This document shows positions 48,165 to 57,375 of a stretch of DNA of 64,000 bases, in pieces. Made by a program: the position numbers and the translations under genes. Source of the DNA: Oscillospiraceae bacterium (GTDB taxonomy: Bacteria > Bacillota > Clostridia > Oscillospirales > Acutalibacteraceae); NCBI GenBank assembly GCA_015065935.1, contig SVPI01000003.1, positions 30,563-94,562 of the forward strand, given 5' to 3'. A model generated the notes under the pieces. That model searched no databases. It was not told the origin of the DNA and was given only the letters and a program-made list of their open reading frames with translations. Positions within the stretch are counted from its first letter, which is position 1; each line of letters starts with the position of its first letter.

Positions 48165-49076
48165 TTGATTTACGATTTAAACCATTTAAAAAGTGAGTTT
48201 AAAAAGGCAAACATAAATTTCCTCGAGAATGAGCCTATGCACCGCCACACAAGCTTTAAAATCGGCGGTGCGGCTGATGTTTTTGTAAACATTGGCAGTA
48301 CTGAGGAATTCACTAGAGTCTTTGACCTTTGCAAGGCGGAAAATGCCCCCATTACCATTCTCGGCAAGGGAAGCAATCTGCTGGTTTCCGATAAGGGCAT
48401 TGAGGGTGTTGTGATTTGCCTTGAAGATTTAAATAAAATGACCGTTTCCGGCGAAAAGATAACTGTAGGTGCAGGCGCAAACCTTGCCACCCTTTGCACA
48501 TTTGCCGCAAACGAGGGGCTATCGGGTCTTGAATTTGCCTTTGGAATTCCCGGCAGTGTGGGCGGCGCAGTTTTTATGAACGCAGGCGCCTACGGCGGTG
48601 AAATGAAGGATGTTCTCGAAAGCGTTACGGCGGTAAGCCGAAATGGTGAAATTTTCACCCTTTTCGGCAATGAACTTTGCCTTTCCTACAGAAGCAGTGC
48701 TTTTCAGAAAAACGGTGCCACCGTTTTAGAAGCGGTGTTTAAACTTAAAAAGGGAAGCACCGAGGAAATAAAGGCTTCAATGACCGAAATTATGAAGCGC
48801 CGAAAGGATAAGCAACCCCTTGAATTTCCCAGTGCAGGCAGTACCTTTAAGCGCCCCGAGGGTCACTTTGCAGGAACCCTTATTGAGCAGTGTGGGCTAA
48901 AAGGCTTTTCGGTTGGCGGTGCCCAGGTTAGCGTTAAGCACGCAGGCTTTGTTATAAACAAGGGCGGTGCTACCGCAAGCGATGTGCTTTGCCTTATTAA
49001 AAAGGTTCAGGAAACCGTTTTTCAGAAAACAGGTGTCACCCTTGAACCCGAAGTAATTTTTATTGGTAGGGAATAG
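48165..49076 (+). CDS. murB: UDP-N-acetylenolpyruvoylglucosamine reductase
   Basis: HTSFKIGGAAD, ILGKGSNLL, AGSTFKRP and SVKHAGFVIN motifs. I chose TTG at 48165, just after the glcK stop; the start is uncertain. Confidence 0.9.
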   Translation: MIYDLNHLKSEFKKANINFLENEPMHRHTSFKIGGAADVFVNIGSTEEFTRVFDLCKAENAPITILGKGSNLLVSDKGIEGVVICLEDLNKMTVSGEKITVGAGANLATLCTFAANEGLSGLEFAFGIPGSVGGAVFMNAGAYGGEMKDVLESVTAVSRNGEIFTLFGNELCLSYRSSAFQKNGATVLEAVFKLKKGSTEEIKASMTEIMKRRKDKQPLEFPSAGSTFKRPEGHFAGTLIEQCGLKGFSVGGAQVSVKHAGFVINKGGATASDVLCLIKKVQETVFQKTGVTLEPEVIFIGRE

Positions 49077-49080
49077 ACAA

Positions 49081-49977
49081 ATGTCATTTTCTGTTGATGT
49101 AAAAAACGAACTGTGTGAATTAAGGCAATCAGGCTGCTGTGCACTTGCAGAGTGTTACGGTATGCTGCTTTTTTCACGCAGTTTCGGTTTAGAAAAGATA
49201 AATTTTCAAACCACAAACGAGGCTGTTTGCCACCGTTTTGCCGCCAGAATTAAAAAGTTTTTTGATATTTATTCCGTAATTAGCAGTGGCGGCGAAAAAA
49301 AGGTTAACTATAAAATCTGCTATAAAAATAGCGAGGAAACCGAAAAAATTGTTTCCTATTTTGGATATAGAGCGGATATTGATTTTATCAGCGGCGAAAT
49401 TCTAAAAAAGGAATGCTGTGTTCACGCCTTTTTGCGCGGCGTTTTTTTGGCGGCAGGTCAGGTTAGCGACCCTGAAAAGGATTATAGACTTGAAATAGGC
49501 CTTAAAAACCCGCTTATTTGTAAAGAATTTTTAGACCTTTGCACCGATTTAGGTATTGATTTTAAAATTTCAAGCAGGGCAGGCGCCACGGTGCTTTACC
49601 TTAAGGACAGCAATGTTATTGAGGAATTTCTAACCGTAATTGGCGCCACAAATGCCGCAATTCTTATAATGCAGTCAAAAATTTATAAGGATATGCGTAA
49701 TAAAATCAACCGCATAAGTAATAGAGAAACGGCTAACATTTTTAAGGCGGTTGATGCCGCAATTCAGCAGCGTGCCGCCATTGAAATTCTTGAAAAAAAG
49801 GGTATTGCCGAATCCCTTGAGCCCGAGCTTGTTTCGGCAATAAAGCTTAGAAAAGAAAACCCTGAGGCATCGCTAACCGAGCTTTGCCGAATTTCATCCG
49901 AGCCCATAACCCGTTCAGGTCTTAACCATCGTTTTAGAAGAATTATAGAAATTGCACAGGAGAAAAATAAAGACTAA
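49081..49977 (+). CDS. whiA: DNA-binding sporulation/cell-division regulator WhiA
   Basis: MSFSVDVKNEL at the N-terminus, LAGLIDADG-like repeats (FLRGVFLAAG) and a C-terminal HTH (SLTELCRI...SGLNHRFRRI). Confidence 0.9.
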   Translation: MSFSVDVKNELCELRQSGCCALAECYGMLLFSRSFGLEKINFQTTNEAVCHRFAARIKKFFDIYSVISSGGEKKVNYKICYKNSEETEKIVSYFGYRADIDFISGEILKKECCVHAFLRGVFLAAGQVSDPEKDYRLEIGLKNPLICKEFLDLCTDLGIDFKISSRAGATVLYLKDSNVIEEFLTVIGATNAAILIMQSKIYKDMRNKINRISNRETANIFKAVDAAIQQRAAIEILEKKGIAESLEPELVSAIKLRKENPEASLTELCRISSEPITRSGLNHRFRRIIEIAQEKNKD

Positions 49978-52900
49978 TGGATTTTGTACACCTTCATCTC
50001 CATACCGAATATAGTCTGCTTGACGGCTGTTGCCGCTCGGGTAGGCTTTTTGCGGCTTTAAAGGAGAAAAACCAAAGTGCGGTTGCCATAACCGACCACG
50101 GTGTAATGTACGGTGTAATTGATTATTATAAGGCGGCAAAGAAGGCGGGAGTTAAGCTTATTGTGGGCTGTGAGGTCTATGTAGCGCCCAGAAGCAGAAC
50201 TCAAAAAGAAAAACTCCTTGACAGCGAATACACCCACCTTGTGCTTCTTTGCGAAAACCAAAAGGGATACGAAAATTTAATTAAAATGGTGTCCCTTGGC
50301 TTTACCGAGGGCTTTTACTCAAAACCCCGCGTAGATAGAGAGCTTTTAGAGCAGTATCACGAGGGAATTATTGCACTTTCAGCCTGCCTTGCAGGAGAAA
50401 TTCCCCGCGCCCTTTCAAAGGGGAATTATGAGGCGGCAAAGCAAAGTGCACTGTGGTTTAAAAATGTTTTCGGTCAAAACAACTTCTTTTTAGAACTGCA
50501 GGACCACGGTCTTGCCGAACAACAAAGAATTAACCCTCAAATTATTCGCATTGCACGGGAAACAGGAATAGGCCTTGTTGCCACAAATGATGTTCACTAT
50601 GTGGACAAGGAAGATAGCCAAATGCAAAAGGTGCTTATTTGCGTGCAAACCGGCAAGAAATTAAGCGAGGAAAACGGTCTTTCCTTTGAAACTGACGAGT
50701 TTTATCTTAAATCTGCTGAAGAAATGGGGCAGATTTTCGGTAATGTACCCGAAGCAATGGAGAATACTGTAAAAATTGCCCAGCGCTGCAATGTGGAATT
50801 TGAGTTTGGAAAAATAAAGCTTCCTGTTTTTGATATTGGAAATGTTGACCACAAGGAGTATTTTAAGAATAAATGCTACGAGGGTCTTTATAAAATTTAT
50901 GGTGATAGCCCCGAACAAACGGTAATTGACCGCCTAAATTATGAAATTGAAGTCATTTCCAAAATGGGCTATGTGGATTATTATCTTATTGTTCAGGATT
51001 TTGTTAATTTCGCTAAGAAAAAGGGTATTCCTGTGGGTCCCGGCAGAGGCTCGGGCGCAGGTAGCCTTGCGGCTTACTGCATTGGCATTACAGGTGTTGA
51101 CCCTGTTAAATATGACCTGCTTTTTGAGCGTTTTTTAAACCCTGAGCGCGTTTCAATGCCCGATTTTGACATTGATTTTTGCTATGTAAGGCGCCAAGAG
51201 GTTATAGATTATGTAATTGAAAAGTACGGTGCCGACCATGTAGCACAAATTGTAACCTTTGGAACAATGGCGGCAAAGGCGGCTGTTCGTGATGTGGGCA
51301 GGGTTATGGATGTGCCCTATAGCGTTTGCGATAAGGTTGCAAAGCTTATTCCCTACAGCATTGGAATGACCATTGCAAAGGCTCTTGAAATTTCCAAAGA
51401 GCTTAAAAATCTTTATGATTTTGATGAACAGGTTAAAACCCTCCTTAATATGGCTATGAAAGTGGAAGGAATGCCTCGCCATGCTTCAACCCACGCCGCA
51501 GGTGTTGTTATATGCGATAAAAGGGTAAGCGAGTATGTCCCCCTTTCTAAAAATGACGATTCGGTTGTAACACAGTTTACAATGACCGCCCTTGATGAAC
51601 TCGGTCTTCTTAAAATGGACTTTTTAGGTCTTCGCAACCTGACCGTTATTGATGACACCCTAAAAGCCCTCGGTGAAAGGGGTGTGCACCTTGATATTGA
51701 AAAAATTCCTATGGATGATAAGGCAACGTTGGAGCTTTTCGGAAAGGGCCTTACCGATGGGGTTTTTCAGTTTGAATCAGGCGGAATGAAGAGCACGCTG
51801 CGCTCCTTTAAGCCTCAGAATATTGAGGATTTAATCGCTATTATTTCCCTTTATCGACCGGGTCCTATGGATTCAATTCCAAAATACATTCACAACCGCT
51901 ATAACAGTGACGATGTAACCTATTTAACCCCGCTGTTAGAGCCAATTTTGCGGGTTACCTATGGCTGTATTGTTTACCAGGAGCAGGTTATGCAAATTTG
52001 CGTTAATCTTGCGGGTTATTCAATGGCAAGGGCTGATATTGTTCGCCGTGCTATGTCCAAAAAAAAGCACGATGTAATGGAAAAGGAACGAAAGGCCTTT
52101 ATTTACGGCGAAAAGGATGAAAACGGCAATGTTCTGTGCGAGGGCGCAATAAACCGCGGGGTAAGTGAAAATGCCGCAAGGCAAATTTTTGAGGATATGT
52201 CGGCATTTTCTTCCTATGCCTTTAATAAATCCCACGCTGCCGCCTATGCTGTGGTTGCCTATAGAACGGCATATCTTAAATGCCACTATCCCAAGGAATA
52301 TATGGCGGCTCTTTTAACAAGCGTGCTTGAAAATGCCGATAAGGTTGCGGAATACACTGCCGAATGCAAGCGTATGGGCATTAGGATTTTGCCGCCCAGT
52401 GTAAATGAAAGCAATGAATCCTTTACAGCCACAAGCGATGGCATTCGCTTTGGCCTTTTAGCCGTTAAAAACCTGGGTCGAGCAGTTATTGAAAATCTTA
52501 TAGCCGAGAGAAAGACAGGCGGAAAATATGTTTCACCTTACGATTTTTGCGTTCGCAATTCATCGCGGGAATTTAACCGCCGCGCCCTTGAAGGTCTTAT
52601 AAAAAGCGGTTCACTTGATAATCTTGGCGCCAACCGCCGACAAATGCTTTTTGCTATGGATGCAATTATCGAAGCGGTGGATAATGAGCGGCGCTTTACT
52701 TCAGGCGGTCAAATGGATTTGTTTGCTGATACAGAAGGCGGGGTCGGCGAATTTGAGTTTCCGGTTTTAGAGGAACTTCCAACTGCTGAGCTGCTTATGA
52801 TGGAAAAGGAGGCCACAGGGCTTTATCTCACAGGCCACCCAATGGCAAGGTTTGAGGGTGTTTCTAAAAAAATTGGAACTCTCACCGTTAGCGAGATTAT

Positions 52901-53432
52901 CGGTGATGAAAATGCAGATAATAAAAGGGTGAGAGCACTTGTAATGCTTTCATCAATTAAGGTTAGAACCCTTAAAAATAAAAACATTCTCGCCTCTGCC
53001 ACGGCTGAAGATATAACAGGCAGTATTTCGGTAACCTGTTTTTCAAAGGTTTATAACGAATTCAGACCCCTTTTAGTTGAGCAAAAGCCTGTTATTTTAA
53101 CGGCAAAGGTCAGCGATTCCGATGAAAGGGTCAGAGAGCTTATTTGTGAAAAACTTGAGCCTGTTCCCGAAAATCTTGGTAAAATTAATGCTGAAAAAAA
53201 GCAGATTAAAAGAGGCATTTATATAAGGGTTTTGGATATGAATTGCGAGCCGCTTCAAAAAATTAAGGCTTTGTTGCAGGGCTCAAACGGAAATATGCCC
53301 GTTTATATCTGTACAATGTCGGATAATAAGCGTTTTTGCGCTCCACAAAATATGTGGCTTTCCGAAAAAGACCCGAAAATAGAAAAAATTGCCGAAATTA
53401 TTGGAAAAAATAACGTAAAATCAGTTGAATAA
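49977..53432 (+). CDS. dnaE: DNA polymerase III alpha subunit (DnaE type)
   Basis: N-terminal PHP domain (FVHLHLHTEYSLLDG), GPGRGSGAGSLAAYCIGIT, PDFDIDF, and an OB-fold C-terminus. The ATG overlaps the whiA stop (TAATG). Confidence 0.95.
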   Translation: MDFVHLHLHTEYSLLDGCCRSGRLFAALKEKNQSAVAITDHGVMYGVIDYYKAAKKAGVKLIVGCEVYVAPRSRTQKEKLLDSEYTHLVLLCENQKGYENLIKMVSLGFTEGFYSKPRVDRELLEQYHEGIIALSACLAGEIPRALSKGNYEAAKQSALWFKNVFGQNNFFLELQDHGLAEQQRINPQIIRIARETGIGLVATNDVHYVDKEDSQMQKVLICVQTGKKLSEENGLSFETDEFYLKSAEEMGQIFGNVPEAMENTVKIAQRCNVEFEFGKIKLPVFDIGNVDHKEYFKNKCYEGLYKIYGDSPEQTVIDRLNYEIEVISKMGYVDYYLIVQDFVNFAKKKGIPVGPGRGSGAGSLAAYCIGITGVDPVKYDLLFERFLNPERVSMPDFDIDFCYVRRQEVIDYVIEKYGADHVAQIVTFGTMAAKAAVRDVGRVMDVPYSVCDKVAKLIPYSIGMTIAKALEISKELKNLYDFDEQVKTLLNMAMKVEGMPRHASTHAAGVVICDKRVSEYVPLSKNDDSVVTQFTMTALDELGLLKMDFLGLRNLTVIDDTLKALGERGVHLDIEKIPMDDKATLELFGKGLTDGVFQFESGGMKSTLRSFKPQNIEDLIAIISLYRPGPMDSIPKYIHNRYNSDDVTYLTPLLEPILRVTYGCIVYQEQVMQICVNLAGYSMARADIVRRAMSKKKHDVMEKERKAFIYGEKDENGNVLCEGAINRGVSENAARQIFEDMSAFSSYAFNKSHAAAYAVVAYRTAYLKCHYPKEYMAALLTSVLENADKVAEYTAECKRMGIRILPPSVNESNESFTATSDGIRFGLLAVKNLGRAVIENLIAERKTGGKYVSPYDFCVRNSSREFNRRALEGLIKSGSLDNLGANRRQMLFAMDAIIEAVDNERRFTSGGQMDLFADTEGGVGEFEFPVLEELPTAELLMMEKEATGLYLTGHPMARFEGVSKKIGTLTVSEIIGDENADNKRVRALVMLSSIKVRTLKNKNILASATAEDITGSISVTCFSKVYNEFRPLLVEQKPVILTAKVSDSDERVRELICEKLEPVPENLGKINAEKKQIKRGIYIRVLDMNCEPLQKIKALLQGSNGNMPVYICTMSDNKRFCAPQNMWLSEKDPKIEKIAEIIGKNNVKSVE

Positions 53433-53453
53433 TTTAAAGTTATAGTATATAAT
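53425..53453 (+). promoter_or_regulatory. Sigma-A type promoter of pfkA
   Basis: TTGAAT, a 17-nt spacer, then TATAAT. The -35 box overlaps the dnaE stop codon. Confidence 0.5.
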
Positions 53454-53487
53454 ATTTTTATTGCAATTTCCTTGGAGTGATTATTAA

Positions 53488-54453
53488 ATGGGTATTAAAA
53501 AAATTGGTGTTTTAACAAGCGGCGGCGACGCCCCGGGTATGAATGCGGCTGTTCGTGCCGTTGTTCGTACTGCTCTTAATAAGGGCGTTGAGGTCGTTGG
53601 TATTGTAGGTGGCTACACCGGCCTTATAAACGGTGAAATTGTTGATTTCAACCTTCGTTCCGTTTCTGAAATTATTCATAGAGGCGGCACAGTTCTTTAC
53701 AGCTCACGTTGCCCCGAATTCAAAACCGAAGAAGGTATTATGAAGGCTGTTGAAACCTGTAAAAAACACGGTATTGATGGCATTGTTACCATTGGTGGTG
53801 ACGGAACCTTCCGCGGCGCTCGCGATTTATCCTTACATGGCGTTCCCTGTGTTGGCATTCCTGCAACCATTGATAATGATATTGCCTCAACCGATTACAC
53901 TATTGGCTTTGATACCGCAATGAATACCGTAATGGAAATGGTTGACCGCCTGCGTGATACTGCACAGTCCCACGCTCGTTGCAGTGTTGTTGAGGTTATG
54001 GGCCGCGGTGCAGGTTACCTGGCGCTTAGAACAGGTATTGCCGTTGGTGCAGTTTCGATTCTCGTGCCTGAGGTTGAATACAATGTAGATGAAATCGTTG
54101 AAAGAATGCTGAAAACCAAGAAAACCGGTAAAAAGCATTTTATCATTGTTGTTGCTGAGGGTATTGGCAAGGTAAAATACATTGCTAAAGAAATTGAGGA
54201 TAAAACCGGTATTGAAACCCGCGCAACAGTTCTTGGCCACGTTCAGCGTGGTGGACGTCCCACCGTTCGCGACCGTGTTATGGCAAGCCGAATGGGTTAT
54301 GCCGCAGTTGAACTGCTTGTTCAGGGTGTTGGTAACCGTGTTATCTCCTTTACTGATAACAAAATTGTTGACTTCGATATTTACGAAGCCCTTTCAATGG
54401 AAAGAAAATTTGATTACGATTTATACCGTATCGCTCATGAAATTTCCATCTAA
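53488..54453 (+). CDS. pfkA: ATP-dependent 6-phosphofructokinase
   Basis: IGVLTSGGDAPGMNAA, IGGDGT, PATIDNDI and LGHVQRGG motifs. Confidence 0.95.
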   Translation: MGIKKIGVLTSGGDAPGMNAAVRAVVRTALNKGVEVVGIVGGYTGLINGEIVDFNLRSVSEIIHRGGTVLYSSRCPEFKTEEGIMKAVETCKKHGIDGIVTIGGDGTFRGARDLSLHGVPCVGIPATIDNDIASTDYTIGFDTAMNTVMEMVDRLRDTAQSHARCSVVEVMGRGAGYLALRTGIAVGAVSILVPEVEYNVDEIVERMLKTKKTGKKHFIIVVAEGIGKVKYIAKEIEDKTGIETRATVLGHVQRGGRPTVRDRVMASRMGYAAVELLVQGVGNRVISFTDNKIVDFDIYEALSMERKFDYDLYRIAHEISI

Positions 54454-54462
54454 TAAAAAAGT

Positions 54463-54503
54463 AATGCGGCGACTTTGAAAATTTAGTTGCCGCATTTTGT
54501 TTT
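54463..54503 (+). terminator. Intrinsic terminator after pfkA
   Basis: The stem aatgcggcgact / agttgccgcatt contains one wobble pair. It is followed by TTTGTTTT. Confidence 0.75.
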
Positions 54504-54528
54504 ATAATATTTTTAGGAATGTAAACCG

Positions 54529-55248
54529 ATGAAAAGACTTAAAATTGCCGATTTGCAGGTTGACATTGAGGTTAAAAGCGAAAGGCTTTTAAAGCAATGT
54601 GCTGCCTATGAGGATTGTTCACAACTTAATAGTGCAGCCGATATTACCGTTAAGGTGACCGAAAGGGAAATCGCCGCATCCTTAAAGCGCTACCCGAATT
54701 TCACCGAGGAAACGGCAGAATATATCCGTGCAGGCGGCAATTTTTACAAGGGCCTTATTGATTTTGGCGGCATAATGCTACACGCCTCGGGTGTTGTTAA
54801 GGATGGTTATGCCTACCTCTTTTCTGCCGATTCGGGCACAGGCAAATCAACCCACACCCGCCTTTGGTGTGAGCATATTGAAGGCGCCTATATTATAAAT
54901 GATGATAAGCCGGCAATAAGGAAAATAAATAACGAGCTTTTTGTTTACGGTACCCCATTTAGCGGCAAGGAAGACCTTAGTGTTAATGAAAGAGTGAAGC
55001 TTGGCGGAATTTGCTTTCTTTACAGAAGTGAGGAAAATGTTATAGAAAAAATTTCAGCCGAGGAGGCAATTGTGCCTGTTTTGAGGCAAACAATTCATCA
55101 GTTAAGTGAAGAAAAGCTTGATAAGTTTTTAAAGCTTCTTGATGACATTCTCTCAAATGTTCCTGTTTATAAAATGGGCTGTAACATAAGTAGGCAGGCG
55201 GCACTGCTTTCCTACAACACAATGAAAAGGACAGGTGATTATGCCTAA
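54529..55248 (+). CDS. HPr-kinase C-terminal-domain-like P-loop protein (HprK-related kinase, substrate unknown)
   Basis: LFSADSGTGKSTHTRLWCEHIEGAYIINDDKPAIRKI lines up with [34 protein letters not shown] of the bona fide HprK in this same window. It lacks the HprK N-terminal domain. Confidence 0.65.
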   Translation: MKRLKIADLQVDIEVKSERLLKQCAAYEDCSQLNSAADITVKVTEREIAASLKRYPNFTEETAEYIRAGGNFYKGLIDFGGIMLHASGVVKDGYAYLFSADSGTGKSTHTRLWCEHIEGAYIINDDKPAIRKINNELFVYGTPFSGKEDLSVNERVKLGGICFLYRSEENVIEKISAEEAIVPVLRQTIHQLSEEKLDKFLKLLDDILSNVPVYKMGCNISRQAALLSYNTMKRTGDYA

Positions 55249-55723
55249 AGTTCATTTAAGCGAGATGCTGCCTGTTATTGAGGAAATGCTGAGTGTTGAT
55301 GGTAAGGTCTCCTTCATTCCCGAGGGAATAAGTATGCTGCCTATAATTGTCGGCGGAAGGGACAGCGTTACCATTAAAAAGCCCGCGGGCAGACTTCAAA
55401 AGTATGATGCCTGTCTTTATCGCAGGGAAAACGGCGGCTTTGTGCTCCATAGAGTTATAAAGGTTATGCCTCATAGCTATGTAATGTCTGGGGATAATCA
55501 GTATGGAAAAGAAAAGGGAATAAGTGATGAGCAAATCATTGGCGTTTTAGTTTCGGTTAATAAAAACGGAAAAGAAATCAGCTGTCAAAGCACGGCATAT
55601 AAATTTTACGTGTGGGTCCATTGCAATCCCTTTTCAAAATTTTTAAAAAAGAATTGGGCGAGGGTCAGAAATCGCCTTTCAAAAATAAAAAATAAATTTA
55701 TTGGAGATAAAAATGAAGATTGA
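55241..55723 (+). CDS. S24/S26-family (SipW/Sec11-like) serine peptidase without membrane anchor
   Basis: EGISMLPI (Ser box), FVLHRVIKV (His box, as in ER/archaeal-type signal peptidases) and SGDNQ. No hydrophobic N-terminal helix. ATG at 55241 lies 10 nt after AAAAGGA and overlaps the upstream gene by 8 nt. Confidence 0.6.
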   Translation: MPKVHLSEMLPVIEEMLSVDGKVSFIPEGISMLPIIVGGRDSVTIKKPAGRLQKYDACLYRRENGGFVLHRVIKVMPHSYVMSGDNQYGKEKGISDEQIIGVLVSVNKNGKEISCQSTAYKFYVWVHCNPFSKFLKKNWARVRNRLSKIKNKFIGDKNED

Positions 55724-56825
55724 TTGGAAAACTTGTTTTAGGGTTGGGGTTACCGCACTTATCTTTTATTTGTGCATTTCTTTTTTACCGGGGCTCGGTA
55801 GCCTTTTTGTTAAAATTTTAGGTGCCGCTTCACCGATTTTTATAGGTTGCGCCATTGCCTTTGTTCTTAACATATTAATGAACTTTTACGAACGACATAT
55901 TTTTAAAAACCCCAAAAAGAAGTTTTTTATAGCCATTAAAAGGCCTATTTCAATTTTACTTGCCTTTTTAACCCTTGCGGCAATTATAACCGTTGTTTTG
56001 TGGCTTATTCTGCCTCAGCTTATTTCGGCTATTGAAATGCTTATTCAGCAGCTTCCCACAGCCCTTCAAAACACCGTTGCCTGGTTTGATAAAACCGAAA
56101 TTCTTTCTGACGATGTTATTAATGTGCTATCAGGCATTGATTTTAAAACACAAATTGATAAAATTGTTTCGGCAGTTACAGGCGGCTTTGGTGATGTTTT
56201 AGGCGTTGCCGTTAACATTGTAACCTCGGTTTTCTCGGGTGTTGTTACCACATTTTTAAGCATTATTTTCTCGGTTTACATTCTTTTTTCAAAGGAAAAG
56301 CTTGGAGAGCAGATAAACCGCACCATGGGAATTTATCTTAAAAATACCTGGTATGACAAAATTAAGTACGTTCTGAGCATTGCCCAAAGGTGTTTTCATA
56401 ACTATATTTCAGGTCAGTGCATTGAAGCACTGATTCTGGGTGTTCTTTGTATGGTGGGTATGTTCATTTTAAGGCTTCCTTATGCTCCTATGATAAGCGC
56501 CCTTATTGCCTTTACAGCGCTTATTCCCATTGCAGGTGCATATATTGGCGCAATTGTTGGTGCGTTTCTAATCTTAATGGTGTCACCTGTAAAAGCACTG
56601 TTTTTCCTTATATTCATAATCGTTTTACAGCAAATTGAGGGTAACCTTATTTATCCCAAGGTTGTGGGCTCTAAAATGGGTCTTCCCGCAATTTGGGTTC
56701 TTGCCGCAGTTACCATTGGCGGTGGAATTATGGGCGTTCTGGGAATGTTGCTTGGCGTTCCCACGGCTGCAACAATTTATTACATTGTTCAGGAAGATGT
56801 GAGAAAGAAATCAAAAATACAATAA
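55713..56825 (+). CDS. AI-2E-family transporter (PerM/YhhT-like permease)
   Basis: About 8 TM segments with QQIEGNLIYPKVVG, the family signature. ATG at 55713 follows GGAG and overlaps the upstream gene by 11 nt. Confidence 0.8.
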   Translation: MKIDWKTCFRVGVTALIFYLCISFLPGLGSLFVKILGAASPIFIGCAIAFVLNILMNFYERHIFKNPKKKFFIAIKRPISILLAFLTLAAIITVVLWLILPQLISAIEMLIQQLPTALQNTVAWFDKTEILSDDVINVLSGIDFKTQIDKIVSAVTGGFGDVLGVAVNIVTSVFSGVVTTFLSIIFSVYILFSKEKLGEQINRTMGIYLKNTWYDKIKYVLSIAQRCFHNYISGQCIEALILGVLCMVGMFILRLPYAPMISALIAFTALIPIAGAYIGAIVGAFLILMVSPVKALFFLIFIIVLQQIEGNLIYPKVVGSKMGLPAIWVLAAVTIGGGIMGVLGMLLGVPTAATIYYIVQEDVRKKSKIQ

Positions 56826-56840
56826 AATAACAAAATTTAA

Positions 56841-56877
56841 CACCCTTTCATACCTTGGTATGAGAGGGTGTTTTTTT
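56841..56877 (+). terminator. Intrinsic terminator after the AI-2E gene
   Basis: The stem caccctttcata / tatgagagggtg contains one wobble pair. It is followed by TTTTTTT, which runs directly into the next ATG. Confidence 0.7.
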
Positions 56878-57366
56878 ATGATTAAAAAATCAATTGAGGA
56901 TTATAAAAATGAAATGCTTAAAATGTATTCAAAAAGTGTTATGGCATCCGCCCCTTTGCCCCAATATCCTACTGATGACAGTAGTTCAGGGCAGGGTAGC
57001 CTTATTGTGATTTTAACAACTGCAAGGGGTGCATTTCCCCTAAGCGGTGGCGAGGTAAGGGTTTATGAAAATGAAAGCGGTGCCCTTGTTTCGACACTTA
57101 GAACCGATGAAAACGGTCACACGGCCGTTTTGTCGCTTCCTGCTCCACGCCGTATTTTATCAGAGTCTCCAAGCCAGAGCGGTGCCGCCACCTTCAGCCT
57201 TTATGATATTGAGGCTGCAAGGTCGGGCTTTAAAACAACAAGAATAAAATCGGTGCCGATTTTTGATGGTGTAACCTCACTGCAAACGGTTGATATGCTG
57301 TCAAATTCGGCGGAAAATGGTAGCAGCGGTACGAATTACGACACACAAAACACATACGAGCTTTGA
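56878..57366 (+). CDS. Hypothetical protein with carboxypeptidase-regulatory-like beta domain (162 aa)
   Basis: GEVRVYENESGALVSTLRTDENGHTAVLSLPAP resembles the CarboxypepD_reg fold pattern. I moved the start to ATG at 56878. It is paired with the sleC-like gene downstream. Confidence 0.5.
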   Translation: MIKKSIEDYKNEMLKMYSKSVMASAPLPQYPTDDSSSGQGSLIVILTTARGAFPLSGGEVRVYENESGALVSTLRTDENGHTAVLSLPAPRRILSESPSQSGAATFSLYDIEAARSGFKTTRIKSVPIFDGVTSLQTVDMLSNSAENGSSGTNYDTQNTYEL

Positions 57367-57375
57367 GGTGATAAA

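Noticed and set aside
54454-54528. A precursor-peptide ORF upstream of the HprK-like gene
   Set aside because: The spacer is filled by the pfkA terminator. The only ATG there opens a 4-codon frame, so no plausible leader or core peptide gene is present.
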